Assembly (NCBI RefSeq): GCF_006345805.1
Contig: NC_043000.1
Location: 33,914,001-33,978,000, forward strand
DNA length: 64,000 bases
Reading direction: 5' to 3'
Source of the DNA: Octopus sinensis
Lineage: Eukaryota
In this document: piece by piece, positions 12,950-26,464 of the stretch
Layout of the letters: every line of letters begins with the position of its first letter
Numbering within the stretch: position 1 is the stretch's first letter
The notes under the pieces: model-generated
What the model saw: the letters and a program-made list of their open reading frames with translations, nothing else
Told to the model about the DNA's origin: nothing
The model's database searches: none
Translations under genes and position numbers: made by a program

Positions 12950-13515
12950 TTGATTTTCAGACAACATCCAATTTGTTATTTCCGACCATGCTTTAGCTGT
13001 TCGGGTTTTTCAGTTGAGACTATCTCAGAACCGGGACACGTAAAATCATCAACTTAACTGGGATCTCTGCTGAGCTCGGTGATGTATCCTTGCTGATTGT
13101 GAGCAGTGACCTTGGTTTTACACGGATTAATCAACATCCGCTGCAGCTAATTCTAGACTATGAAGGAATTGGGTGGAGTTTGATATTGTGTCAGAGAGCA
13201 AGGTTAAATCGTCCGCATAGTCTACATCGGTTAGTTTTGGGGCTGGTTGTCCAGCTGATCTTCTTTTCGTATTGTGAAACCGAAGCTGTTTAGATTGTCA
13301 AGTTATGTTACGGGGACATAATCCAGAGTCGTCCTAAAGAGAGATGATGCAAGTGTAGCCCCCTGGAGTACTCCCGCGTTGATGACATAGAAAATTGTAT
13401 CTCCGTCTGCGGACCTTAACATTGATTTGGAACTGTTATAGAGCATCGTAACTGTGGCTGTTATTTCCCCATGGATACCCTGAGCCAGTAGTATATTTTT
13501 CTATTTTACCGCGGT
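12950..13515 (-). pseudogene. Degenerate RTE-like reverse transcriptase fragment
   Basis: Minus strand gives MLYNSSKSMLRSADGDTIFYVINAGVLQG and TDVDYADDLTLL (RT QG and YADD motifs), with stops and frameshifts. Confidence 0.75.
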
Positions 13516-15132
13516 AGATGGAGTCCATTCTTAAATTGAACCATTTCATTGGTATTAGCTTATGGAAAAGTATGAATGTCGCAAATTCAGAAAAACATTT
13601 GATCTCAGTATATCAAAGAACTTATTCTAATGATAAAAGTGCCTTTTTTCTTTGTTGTTTTATCAGTGTTAGCAAGGGTCATATTACCAATCACATTTGC
13701 TCTTTTCTTTTTTACAAGTATATAAGAATTTCAGGCTTATTCGGGGAGTTTCGTAACAATGAATAGTTGTTCAGATATTTTTTTTTCTGTAATCTAGTTA
13801 GGTTTTCCCAAGCTTCAGACAATAAACAAGTTCAGTTGAAATTGTTGGTGTTGTTGCTGTTGGAGCTGTGATCGTTGTTAGTTCTGCTTCCCAAGGGTAT
13901 TACGACATGAGTGAAGTAAAACATCCCCCTACCGGAAATCGAAAATAAATCTCAGACTTGGTTAGCAGGAACTAACCTCCATTCAATGGTTCACCTTATA
14001 AAAAAAAACCAAACCTACATTAACTGAGGAGAAAACAAAAAAGACGACATCGACTTACGTCTAATCAGAAATATTATGTTCTCGTGTGATGCTTTTTCCA
14101 AAAATACGAGCAGAATTGGCTTCGGGTTAAGATAAGCTGCATTCCCATAGAAGAAAAATTATCAAAGTGTAACGGAAACGGCACCCATCTCTATTGAAAT
14201 AGGTTTATTATCTCAAAACTGTGAGAAAGTCTGTTGGGTGTAAAATAAATAAATAGCTTTACTCACTGATTAATTTGGGGTACGATAAACAACCCAAAAG
14301 AAACAGCCAGGTGGAGCCGCTGCATCGCTCTGTTGGCACCTAGGGAGTGGTGAGTTACATTATTTCTAACGTATTACATCACGTTACAAACATGATACCT
14401 TGAAGTTATATTTTAAGTTTGTAGGTTAGAAACTGGGGCGAGGGAACCCAAGACAGAAAATAATAAGAAATAGCAGAATTCTTCAATGAAATATTAAAAT
14501 GGAAGTGAAAAAAAAAAAAAAAAAATAGATCGGATGAGATGAAAAGAAGTGAAAACGGTAAAAAGATAGAAAAGGATACAAAAATAAAAGGTGGAGGTTG
14601 TAAATTTGAACTTATGTTGTGGTAAAGATCTTTCAACTCTTATGAGCTTTCGACTGTTACCCAGCTGATGTCTACTGTATTTCACTTTGCATGGGAATCG
14701 AAACTATATATTTATGAAAGGCTGAGGGTCGCTAACTCTTAACAATGAATCTAAAGAATTTGTTATTTCAGTTCACATCGATTTTCCTCCATCTCAAACT
14801 TTGTCAGACGAGCTTTAAAACTACTTTTATAAACTATTTCTAAAAACAGAAAAAAACGACAACTTAACTTTTAAAGTTTGTTTTGGCAAAAGATAATACC
14901 TCTGGCTAGTTTGGCCTCCAATTGAAAGGCGCAGCACAGTTCTCATTCACTGACCACTTTATTCAATATAATATTAATTTCCACAATCAAGTCGGTCGTT
15001 GGTTCATTAAGGGAAGGCCTCAGCTTCAAGTAGAACTGCGGTTCCAAATCTTTAAATACCCGTGACGGTTTTTATTAAATAAATATTTGAAAAAGAATAA
15101 TTTTCAAAATAATAAATATAAATAAAATTATT

Positions 15133-15545
15133 CTTTTAAAAATGAAATATCGATCCTTTTAAAAATGAAATATCGATCCTTTTAAACTAAATATCGGCCC
15201 TTTTAAACTAAATATCGATCCTTTTAAAAATGAAATATCGATCTTTTTAAACTAAATATCGATCCTTTTAAAAATGAAATATCGACCCTTTTAAACTGAA
15301 TATCGATCCTTTTAAACTGAATATCGATCCTTTTAAACTGAATATCGATCCCTTAAAAATGAAATATCGATCCTTTTAAACTGAATATCGATCATTTTAA
15401 ACTGAATATCGATCCTTTTAAAAATGAAATATCGGTCCGTTTAAAAATGAAATATCGATCCGTTTAAAAAGGAAATATCGATCCGTTTTAAAATGAAATA
15501 TCGATCCTTTTAAAAATGAAATATCGATGCTTTTGAACTGAATGT
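15133..15545. repeat. Minisatellite, 18 units of 21-23 bp (AAAAATGAAATATCGATCCTTTT / AAACTGAATATCGATCCTTTT)
   Basis: 18 ATATCG cores counted; two interleaved unit variants; no unique spacers. Confidence 0.95.
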
Positions 15546-16158
15546 CTTTTTGATAAATGGTGAAGATTCTACGTTTAAATATTTCAAAAATGAAAATTTA
15601 AAAATTCGTGACCCTTTCAGAATTGCGGCATGTACAGGGACCTGTACTGGAAGCTAGATAAAACCAACGGAGGAGAACTCGTGTGTTGAAAGTTCGACCG
15701 TTTCGGGATATTTCGCTTAAACTTTTCTGAATATCTGATATATTTGAATAAATATAAAATGCATTAAGTACAGGACATCACCAACGAGTGAAAAATACGT
15801 AAAGACATGAGAGATAAGTAGGAGACAAATTACCAAAAGAAGTCTAAGTCCTCTTCCGTTGTGGACTGTTAATTAATACATGTTTCGAGCTTTTAAATTA
15901 CAATTTAGGGATTCAATCAACCAAGTGGTACTCATAAAGGGCTCCTTAATGTATCATTCTACAAAACATAGAATACACAGTACGATACGAAGGTAAAATT
16001 TTAAGGAGTTTATAAAATAATACGGAGAGAAAATTTATGACATTTATTTTACATTGGATATTCATTCATATAACGGCAATTGTTTCGTAGCTTTATAAAA
16101 CATGTACAAGTAATCTATCTTATTATATTTTATGATAAATAATGATTACATGTCTGCA

Positions 16159-16202
<44 letters not shown>

Positions 16203-17465
16203 ATTTTTAGATTAATGCAGATATTAAAATTGCTTGTCGGGTTTAAAGAATTCCATACTTATGACTTTATCATATCAGAACATAACATTTGAAAAGCTCA
16301 GAAAATCAATTTTGAAGACATTAAGATACGGAAGACAATAAGACTGGCATCAATAGAATTAATAAAACGGTTTTTTACAGAGGGGAAGGGAATATTGGTA
16401 AGATATTAAAAAGTAAATAGTAGATAATTTTGGTATAAGAGAATGTTAAATATAAGTTAAATATAAACGAATGAATAGGAAAAGCAAAACCAAGAAAATA
16501 AAAAATAGTGTAAAGAGGGAAAAAACAGCAAAGTGAAAGTAAATGAAAGTTCTTTGATGTTATGTTTACCAAATATAAGGATTGATATTCGTTTATTCTT
16601 TCATTTGTTTCAGTCATTTGACTGCAGCCATACTGGAGCACCGCTGCAAAAAAAGAACATGAAACTAAAAATTAGAAGTTCATAGACAGAAATAAAAAGA
16701 GAGAATAAGGTGTAAAAAAAAGTAGGAGCCATATTATTTAGTATTGTAGATAGGGATCGATTGATGTCTATAAGGTCAATACATAGACTAATAATATTGA
16801 TATGCGTTCATTGAAATAGTGTTTGAATATACGTAATCATTGTTATAATACAGTTAAATATAATAAACGATCTTACATAGAAATATCCTATACAAACGCT
16901 GCACATTTACCTATTTCTCCATATATGGAAGAAATGATGAACAGACCTAATCGATTTTCGATCTTTATAATTGTTTTGATAACTTGCAGGTGTCACACGT
17001 CATGTCTAGACACCTGGGTAATAATAGTGACGGTTCAGTCATGTGTATCACACAATGTGTATTCAATAAACGCCTCGATTATCTAATCCTCCCCGCTTCA
17101 CAAACGAACTATAAATGTGTGTGTGTGTGTGTGTGAGCGATCGTATTAAATCCTACGTTTCTTTGTTTCCCTGGCGGTCGGGCATATCAGAAAATAAAAA
17201 GGGATCAATAAGGTTGACTAATTTCTTGATCAACCTAAATCGTACTGTTGTCTCTGTCCACCTCGGAGCTGCACCACATACAGAAATATCCTTTACAAAA
17301 ATATTTACTCCTCTCCAGCCCGATGGCGTTTATTAAATTCTGACAAAAGACTGGATAAACCAGCAGGAATAGGATGAAAGTGAAACCGAAACTTGAAATA
17401 TCAAAGCTACGTTGTCAGTCTGTAACTTCCCAACGACCTCTGAATCACTAATACCTTGATTCAGA

Positions 17466-17600
17466 GTAGGCGTGGCTGTGTGGTAAGAAATTTGATTCCC
17501 AACCACATGAGTTCAGGTTCAGTTCCACTGCGTAGCAACATGGACAAATGTCTTCTACTTGTGAGTGGATTTGGTAGACGGAAACTGAAAGAAGTTCGTC
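17466..17600 (+). mobile_element. SINE family 1 head fragment
   Basis: GGCGTGGCTGTGTGGTAAG...GGTTCAGTTCCACTGCG...GTGAGTGGATTTGGTAGACGGAAACTGAAAGAAG. Confidence 0.75.
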
Positions 17601-17784
17601 TCACACACACATATATGCGTTATTAAAAAGCAGCAAAAATATCACAGAAAACTGTTACTCAGTTTTTAATTAGAGAGAGAGAGAGAGAGAGAGGAGGTGG
17701 AAACATTACCCAACACAGTAGAATATATTTTGTGAAGAAAATATATTTCTGCATGTGCATCTACACATGCACACAGACCACACA

Positions 17785-17822
<38 letters not shown>

Positions 17823-18316
17823 TATACGCAATGACAACGACGACGAACGACCTCGCACACCGTGCGTGCACACACGCACACACACGTATGGCCGTAAAAG
17901 TGTTGGAATGTTTCAAGGTTAATTTTATATTTAGAAGCTGGATGTTGTTCAAGAATATTAAAATATTAATTATAGCCAAGTGTAAAAAATTAAAGCCAGA
18001 TAATAATTATGAAACGCCCGTCAGCCAATGAGAAATAAGAGATTATATTAGAATGGAAATTGTGTTTTGATTAAATATTCATCGTCATGTTAGAGTTGAA
18101 GTAACAAACGGTTACTCAGAAAATATTTTAATTCTTTATCATGAACAGCGATAATTCCAAACATAGAAATACATTAAAAGACAAAAATCAAGGCGGAAAG
18201 AATGTGATATGGGGATCACTCTTGACCCCCTATAAACCAATGGCTTAGGCACTTGTTCAACCCCCATACATTTCCAGTCGATATTCTAATTCCATAGCAA
18301 TAATTTTACCATATCG

Positions 18317-18520
18317 GTTTCAAATTTTGGCACAAGGTCAGTAATTTCGGGGAGGCGGGAAAGTCGATTACATAGATCCCACTGCTCAGCTGGTATTTAT
18401 TTCATCGACCCCGAAAGGATGAAAGGCAAAGTCGACCTCGGCGGAATTTGAACTCAGAGACGGACGAAATGCCGCTAAGCATTTTGTCTGGCGTGCTTAA
18501 CGGTTCTGTTAACACGCCGT
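18317..18520 (-). mobile_element. SINE family 2
   Basis: Family-2 core and head present. Confidence 0.8.
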
Positions 18521-18965
18521 CCGTATATTTCTTCCTCTGTTATTTATTTCCAAAATTTCTTCGAAAAGAACTAGTTTTTTTTTCTGTCTAAAGATTGAAA
18601 ATTCAAAGCTTAAAAATTTTTGAGAGAAACAACTAGAACGGAAGACCCAACCTACGTGTGTGTGTGTGTATATATACACACACATTGACGCTCAAACACT
18701 CGCACACACACACACTCCTGAAGAGAATAAGGAAGAAAGAAATAATTATTATTCCTATAGTGTGGTGAAAGATAAACGTCTTTTCTTAACACACTGGAGT
18801 TGTAATTTGCTAATTAATACATGTCATTATATTAAGAATATAATTACTTATATATATATATGTGTGTGTCTGTTATATTTCGCTTTGGTACATACATACA
18901 TACATACATATACATACATACATACAAACATACATACATACATACATACACCATACATACATACA

Positions 18966-19019
<54 letters not shown>

Positions 19020-21539
19020 TATATGCATACTTACATATACACACACGCATACACTAGTATACTTGTGTTGTAAAAAGCGAGTTTTCTTTTAACTTTAGTG
19101 TATGGCACTTATCTGTTCAGCATGACAGGTGAAACCATTGATAAATTTTCTTACCTAAAGACCCCTCGTAAATGATAGAGTGGGCTCGACTGAAATTGGT
19201 GGATTAGAATAGCGTATAACCACACAAACATTCACACCATAGAAATGACATTTATTTGTTTTTCTTCTTTAACACATTTTTATTAATCTATAAAATGATA
19301 GAATGTTAGTTATGAAAATACATTTAAGCTACCATATTGACAAAATATTTTAATATTAGTTATAAAATGGTGAAAGATTTACATATAATGATCATTATTT
19401 TAGAAGGACTTTTATCACTTTAGTCACTGGAAACCTGTGTGTTCCATTAAGATTTATTTGGTTTTTATCGTTATTTATCACTATATTAAAATGGCTCCTA
19501 TTTACGGAACATAAAGCTATCTCTTATTTCAGCCCATTTTCTTACTCTATTCGTGTTTGCCTGTCATGGCAGAGTTATAGACACCTCATCTTTCCACTTA
19601 CTTTCATTTTATCACTTCTGCTATCACTCACTCACTCACTATTTGAAAACTATCTCCTTTCAATGATATTAAGAAATATTTGTTAAATTATTATATGTGG
19701 ATTTGGATGCGTGCATCATATGTTTATCAATGTAAATAACTTAAGATTCAATGAATATATAGTTATACATGTGAGTAGGTATTTTGGAGCAGATGTAAAA
19801 GAACTGCCTAAAGTCCATTCAGGGCAGTTCTCTGGCAAGGAAGTAGAATAGTGACTAAAACCACTAAAAGTACCAAAGTTAAAAAGAATCTCCGCAACCA
19901 AATAAATAGGATCTCAAATCTTCAAAAAATTCGTTTAAACTAATTACTGTTAATTAGCAAATGATTTATACTAGTTTCATAATATCTGACGAAAGTTAGA
20001 GAGTGTTGGGAATCGATCGTCAAGCTGGTTTGGCCGAATCGGTCAAGTATGAGACCAGATTTGTAGTGCGATTAGTTACGACCTTTAGCAGTGTGAGTTC
20101 AAAACCTGCCTAAGCCATCTTTGTCAAGGACATTAAATAAAATAACCCACTCTCGGGGTCGATTGTTCTCCCTTTTGTGTCTCTTTTCCTCTCTTTCTAT
20201 CTCTTTTTCTTTCTTCCTCTCTCTCTCTCTCTTTGTCTCTTGCTTTCTTTCTTTCTTTGTTTCCCATCCCTTCTCTCTATTAATTGAAGCAGTAATTCAA
20301 AGATTTAACCTTTTGCTGTGACACACTCATTCTGTGTGAAAAGCACACTTGTCTGTGAAGCGCTCCACCAGTTACAAGTTAAAAATTTTGTTGATTTGTA
20401 TGAATGATCATTGTCGATATCGACGGAGGATCCAGCAGTAATTTACTGTTCGGAATGCATGTCTCTATGTCGCCGTACAGTCCCACGTCAACACTGATCC
20501 GAAACACATAGGATCAAAGATGTTCCCAACCGTGACTCTCCGGTCATTTTCGTTGTTTCCTAAGACCACGTGATCTAATGTAGACTTACCTTTCGCTACA
20601 ACAGTGGTGTGTAATTTGAGGGAGGTTGACGTTGGGCTGCTATTTCTAACAGGTCGAGGAATCAAAGATAGGCTTTCTCGTTGGCACATGTGTGTGTGTG
20701 TGTTAGAGGGGGAAAGGGAGAGAGAGAGAGAGATGGAGAGAGAGAGTGAGAGAGAGACTATTTAGGTGTTTATGTGTGTACGTATGAAGAATAACGTGTG
20801 TGAGTGTGTGTGTGTGAAAGAGAGAAGGAAAGGAGAATGTGTGTGAGTGCGAAGTGGGGGGAAAGGGATAGAATGTGTGCGTGTGCGTATGTGTGTACGC
20901 GTGCGCGGACGCGTGAGCGTGTCTATGTGTGTATGTGTTTGGGCGTGTGTTCACGTGTTATAAATTGAAACAAAGTCAATGAGATAAAGACCTAAAATAG
21001 AGAAGGAAAAAAGACATTCATGAGACACTTTATGTGTGTGTGTGCGTGCGTGTGAGAGAGAGAGAGAGAGAGAGTATGTGTGTGCGTGTGTATGTGTGTA
21101 TTTGAGTTCTTTATCTTTCCCAATGTGAGTGTAGAATGTGGAGTGTATACAATCACGTGTATGTGTTATGTTAATCAGTCTATCTAACTGGATGCATGTG
21201 TCAACAAGTGTTTATCTGAATTAACTCCCCTGACAGCTTCTCACCGACTCCCCCCACCACTTCCCTCTCTTTCTCTCACTAAAGAAAAAAAAACTTTTCA
21301 CCGCCACCACCACTACTACTACCACCATCTTCACCGCTCTCTCTCTCTCTCTCTCTCTCTCATTCTCTCTCTCTCTCTCGTACTTCCCAACCTTCTCCTT
21401 CCCCTCACCACTAAAATATACTTACTCATCTATGCTTTGTCTTTCTGCTCTCCCTCACCACCACCACCACTACCACCGCCGCCGCCGCCGCCACCCTGCG
21501 GCTCCACTTCACGATTAGTTCTCTACCTTTCTCCTTCAC

Positions 21540-21827
21540 TCCCTCTCCGCCCCCTCCCCCACCGCACTCTACCGTTTATGTCTATATGAGTGTACGACGG
21601 GGAGAGGGGGTGGGAATGCTGACTGTGTGTGTGTGTGTGCGAATGGACGTATGTATGTGTGTGTGTGTGTGTGAGTGAGTAGTTCGCCATTCACAGTCTA
21701 CAGGGTAATACTACCAGGAGTGTGTGAGTCGCTTCTACTAAAACTTAGCAGAACTTTTTTGTTTTTATTGCTATAAACGGGCCCTCGTCCCCTCATGGGG
21801 CCCCAAGTTACCCCGTTTAAGGTAAGA
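21540..21827 (+). promoter_or_regulatory. Candidate promoter plus short first exon (ATG at 21795, MGPQVTPFK, donor AAG|GTAAGA at 21821/21822)
   Basis: C-rich GC-box-like tract CCGCCCCCTCCCCC at ~21547, unique sequence, strong 5' splice site exactly in phase 0 after 9 codons; no homology recognised. Confidence 0.25.
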
Positions 21828-22370
21828 CAGAATATATTAACATTAATTATATTTATTTAATTATTATTAATGCTGTGTTTTTGTTCGCCTGTTGAAAGCC
21901 GGTCAGTAAAAAAAAAAAAACAATCCTACTCTGTCAGGCAAAACTAATCCATAACTCAGCTTTTGTTTATCACTGGAAACCACTTCGTCGCTTGATTTCA
22001 TTAACGCAGCTAATACTGCTTGGAAAGGAATGAACGCCACAGCTGCCTTTCCACCTTCCTTAATCTACATGTGTGTGTGTGTGTATACTCGTGATTTCAT
22101 GAGAAATCCTTGTTATTATTTAGTTGGCCAGATAAATATTTGGCGAAAGAAAACGAGGATCGGGTTTCGGTTCTTACCTCGTGTCATCACTTTCGCCACC
22201 TTTTTGCAGGGTAACATCGAACATCGATTGACAATCATACTCTTGTAAAACGTTTGATTGTCAGGAAGAGATCAACACCGAAACCACACGCCGCCGCAAT
22301 TACCACCACCACCACCACCACCACCGCCGCCGCCGCCGCCACCGCTGTCATTATCATCTGTGTCATGATG

Positions 22371-22573
22371 TTTTATTCTTGTATTTGTTTCAGTCATTTT
22401 GACTGCGGCCATGCTGGAGCACCGCCTTTAGTCGAACAAAGCGACCCCCACAGGACTTATTCTTTTGTAAGCCTAGTCCTTATTCCATCGGTCCGTTTTG
22501 CAGAACCGTTAGGTTACGGAGACGTAAACACACAAGCATCGGTCATCAAGCGATGTTGGGGATATATACATAC

Positions 22574-22608
<35 letters not shown>

Positions 22609-22620
22609 ATATATATATAT

Positions 22621-22652
<32 letters not shown>

Positions 22653-22666
22653 ATATGTATATATCC

Positions 22667-22722
<56 letters not shown>

Positions 22723-22860
22723 GGGCTTCCTTCAGTTTCCGCCTACCGAATCCACTCACAAGGCTTTGGTCGGCCCGAGGCTATAGTAGAAGACACTTGC
22801 CCAAGGTATCACGCAATTGGACTGAACCCGGAACCATGTGGTTGGTAAGCAAGCTACTTA
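22371..22860 (-). mobile_element. SINE family 1 with internal (TA)n
   Basis: Reverse complement of the 524-983 layout. Confidence 0.85.
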
Positions 22861-23258
22861 CGATAAGCTTTATTCTCCCCCTCCTCCTCCTCATCATCAT
22901 CATAATCATCATTAGGAAAATTAGTGGGAATCCATATAAATGACTTGTGGTATTTAAATCCCTTCCGGGTTCGATAAATTTAAGTAACAGTTATATCTTG
23001 GGCTCTATATAAAACTTACCACAAACTCCACTTCAAACCTCAGCTCTTGATCCCATATTACATATCACTGCTTACACTAGTAGTGGTAGTAGTAGTAGTA
23101 GTAATAGTAGTAGTGATGGTGGTGGTGGTGGTGGTGGAGGAATGATATGAACAGTGGAATTTGAGACAATTATTCCAATGAACCGTAGAACTTTTCCGTA
23201 TGTAGTTCGGTTAATTCACATTTTCTGAGGTTACTTTACACCCACATCTCGCTCTCAA

Positions 23259-23600
23259 ATACACCTGTAATATACCTACAACACACCTGTAATCACCTAT
23301 ATCTGCATTACAGGTGTGTTGTAGGTAATGCAATGTATCTGCACTATACCCGTAAATCTGCACTATACTCGTAATGTGTCTATAATACACCTATAATAAA
23401 TATCTCATTTAATAAATAATGTAATATTATTAATATAATAATAATAAACGATTGTTATACCTGCAATTTACCTGAAATGTACCTGTAATATACATGCAAT
23501 TTGTTTGTGATACACCTTTACCATATCCCAAATATAGCTGCAATACGTCTGCAATATCTTGTAATATACCTGAGATGCACCTGTAATATTACCTGAAATA
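23259..23600. repeat. Degenerate ~11-bp minisatellite (TACACCTGTAA) containing a perfect 21-bp hairpin
   Basis: Repeated ACACCTGTAA/ATACCTGCAA/GTACCTGTAA units; 23273-23293 is the exact reverse complement of 23307-23327. Confidence 0.8.
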
Positions 23601-23781
23601 GATCGAATGAATAAACTGATTTAGTCTTGTGCCCTGATTCCTCTCAGAACTGGATTTGTTGGGGGCAACGAAGAAGAAATTCTTATTTTGTAAAAATAAA
23701 AGAGAAACCATCAGGAATGAACATCAATACAGCCTCAACGGCGACTACGACGACGACGACGACGACCACCACCACCACCAT

Positions 23782-23824
<43 letters not shown>

Positions 23825-24940
23825 GATAACAGAAAAAAAGCAACAGTAGTTGTTTGGAATTTCAAGAATCATTGTGAGAGGGTAAAGGTGTCTCTTAAGG
23901 AACTGTGTCACTGAATATATGTTGTTGGTGCGATTGTTGTTGGTGGCGATAGTGGCGGCGGCGGCGGCAGCGGTTCGACTGTTTATCTAACGAAAACATT
24001 GGGTCAATAGAGAGATTATAGGCAGACAGCCAACCAGCCAGCCAGACAGCCAGACAAGCAGGTAGACAGACAGACAGGCAGACAGCAGTAGGGTTTGAGT
24101 GGGAAATGAAAAAAAAAACAAAACAAATATCCAGTCGACAAATGCACGTGACTAGTGAAAGACAAAACCTACGTTTTAACACAGAAGATAATTATAGATG
24201 TACACATACAGGATGGGTGGGGAAGTCTGTCTCTCTATCTCTATCTCTTTCTGCTTATCTCTCACTCTACCCCACCTCTCTGCCTCTTCATTTCACTCAC
24301 TCACTCACTCTGTCTCTCTCTCTCTCTTTCTAACTCTAACGCTCAATGTATGTGTGTGTGATTGTGTGTGAAAAATAGTTTTTTGTTTTGAATAAGTACT
24401 ATTCAAAACACCAATGAAAGTTTCGGTTTTACTTGGTACTACAGAAATAATTACAGTGTATCTTCCGGTTTGTCAGGCGCTCAATACGGTCGGTGGAAGT
24501 TCTGCGGTAGCAATATATGAAAACCTATTGGTGGGTAAGAGCGATGACGTTCTCGAGTTAACTCCGGGCGTCGACGAGAATGAACTATTTTGGAGCACTT
24601 TCGGGCCTAGAACAACCATGAATAACTTCCAGCAATTTCTGACCCTGTAGATTGGAGAGCAGGAGAGATGGCTCGTACTTTTGGTAGTCAAGGTAATTCT
24701 GGATCTGTAGGGTTCCTTGATTGACCCTAGTTGGAATTTCTCCTCTATCAGAAGGACTGCATTATTCATATTATCGCATTTCACAGCCTTTTTCCATTTC
24801 TTTCTCTCCATCTTTTATGTAAATCCTCATCCGTGATGTTGCCCTCATCAATGCCCCTGTGGCTAATAAAAGAGATTGTTTCTCCTCCTTCCTCCTCCTC
24901 CTCTTCCTCCTCCTCCTCCTCCTCCTCCTCCTACTACTAC

Positions 24941-25010
<70 letters not shown>

Positions 25011-25019
25011 GCTGCTGCT

Positions 25020-25390
25020 TGTTTGTTTGTTGAGCGAAGCGGTCTTCGTCCCAGAGTAGGAGAAGTCCGAAACGTGGTCCTTTGCTATTCGTAAGACCCG
25101 CAGAAGAGAAAGCAGGTCAACCCCCGACACCGAGAACATCGACGGATGGATGAATGCGCATCCAGGCTCAGCGGTTGCGTAGGAAGTCGGGGACAAGAAA
25201 CAGGAAGAAAGAGGGAGAGAAAGGTGGAGCGAAAGAGTACAACAGGGGTCGCCAACACCCCCTGCCGGAGCCTGGTGGAGCTTTAGGTATTTTCGCTCAA
25301 TAAACACACACAACGCCCGGTCGGGGAATCGAAACCGCGATCCTCCGACCGCAAGTTTGCTGCCCTAACTACTGGGTCATTGCGCCTCCA
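25020..25390 (-). mobile_element. tRNA-derived SINE, family 3 (head A + tail X), inserted in a (CTA)n/(CTG)n tract
   Basis: Minus: TGGAGGCGCAATGACCCAGTAGTTAGGGC...GGTTTCGATTCCCC (A/B boxes), tail ends (AACA)n. Confidence 0.8.
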
Positions 25391-25414
25391 CTGCTGCTGC
25401 TACTGCTGCTGCTG

Positions 25415-25456
<42 letters not shown>

Positions 25457-25479
25457 AGCTTTTACGTGCTGTATTAGCG

Positions 25480-25760
25480 CAGATATTGTCTTAAGATCTC
25501 AAATCTAAGGCTCCTTCTAAGGATTCTAGCAGAATACAAGATGGTACTTTTCTAGAGGTCACCAACTCGAGTCGCAATTCCAATATTCATCCAACTCCTG
25601 CTGAAGCAGCGGTTTATGCGTTGTGCCAAAGGCATTACCACAAGAGCAATTGCCGTCTTAGTCTTCCAGTCTCTTCAACTCTAATTAAGTTCTGATATTT
25701 CTTAATTTGGTTTTATTCCAATTTCTTTGCTATCCTCCATGTTGTCATTGTGGCATCGCA
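25480..25760 (-). pseudogene. Decayed C-terminus of a restriction-like-endonuclease (R4/Dong-like) non-LTR element
   Basis: Minus strand gives NIGIATRVGDL*KSTILYSARILRRSL, resembling the LQK..LL.SARILRKVL tail of this clade. Confidence 0.45.
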
Positions 25761-25860
25761 AACTCTCTCATCTTACAGTTTATTTTATTCTTTTTAACCC
25801 ATTAAGTCCCACTGTCCTATAAATAGGACAAAATGCTTAATAAAATTTCTTCCGGTTTAA

Positions 25861-26008
25861 ATTCTGAGTTCAAATTCCGTCAAGGTCGACTTTGTCTTTC
25901 ATCCTTTCGGGGTCGATAAATAAAGTACCAGTGAAACACTGCGGTCGATGCAATAATTGACTATTCCCCTTTCCCAAAATTCCAGGCATTGTGCTTATAG
26001 TAGAAAGG

Positions 26009-26010
<2 letters not shown>
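25861..26010 (+). mobile_element. SINE family 2 with (TTA)n tail
   Basis: Core CTTTCATCCTTTCGGGGTCGATAAATAAAGTACCAG, end GTAGAAAGG(ATT)n. Confidence 0.8.
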
Positions 26011-26092
<82 letters not shown>

Positions 26093-26464
26093 ATTATCAT
26101 TATTCGTATTTACAACGACACGCTCACACACTTAATGCATACACACATAAATGTATATGCTGAGAGAAAGAGAGAGAGAGAGAAAGAAAATATGATGAAA
26201 ATCAGTTAAAACAGGGTCAAGTCACTGGCCTTGTTTGATAAATACCAATCGCAGGAAGAAGGAAATAAGTGGTGTGACGTCCATGGCTTCCAGTAGGATT
26301 ACACGTGATATGAAGTCAGCGTATATTTTCTTTCGGTTTCTGGTTTAGTGCGGACGAGTACTTGCCACAGCGCCACTCTAATCTACCCCAAATTTTGAAG
26401 TATTCCTTAAAGTTAATGTTAAATAGAAGACTAGACTTATCTATAAAATGTCCATCGCCAACAG

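Noticed and set aside
15133-15545. CRISPR-like array
   Set aside because: Units are contiguous with no unique spacers, there are no cas genes, and the context is eukaryotic; it is a minisatellite
24641-24714. miR-10/miR-100 family precursor (ACCCTGTAGAT resemblance)
   Set aside because: Similarity stops after ~11 nt and the loop is ~38 nt; not a canonical precursor
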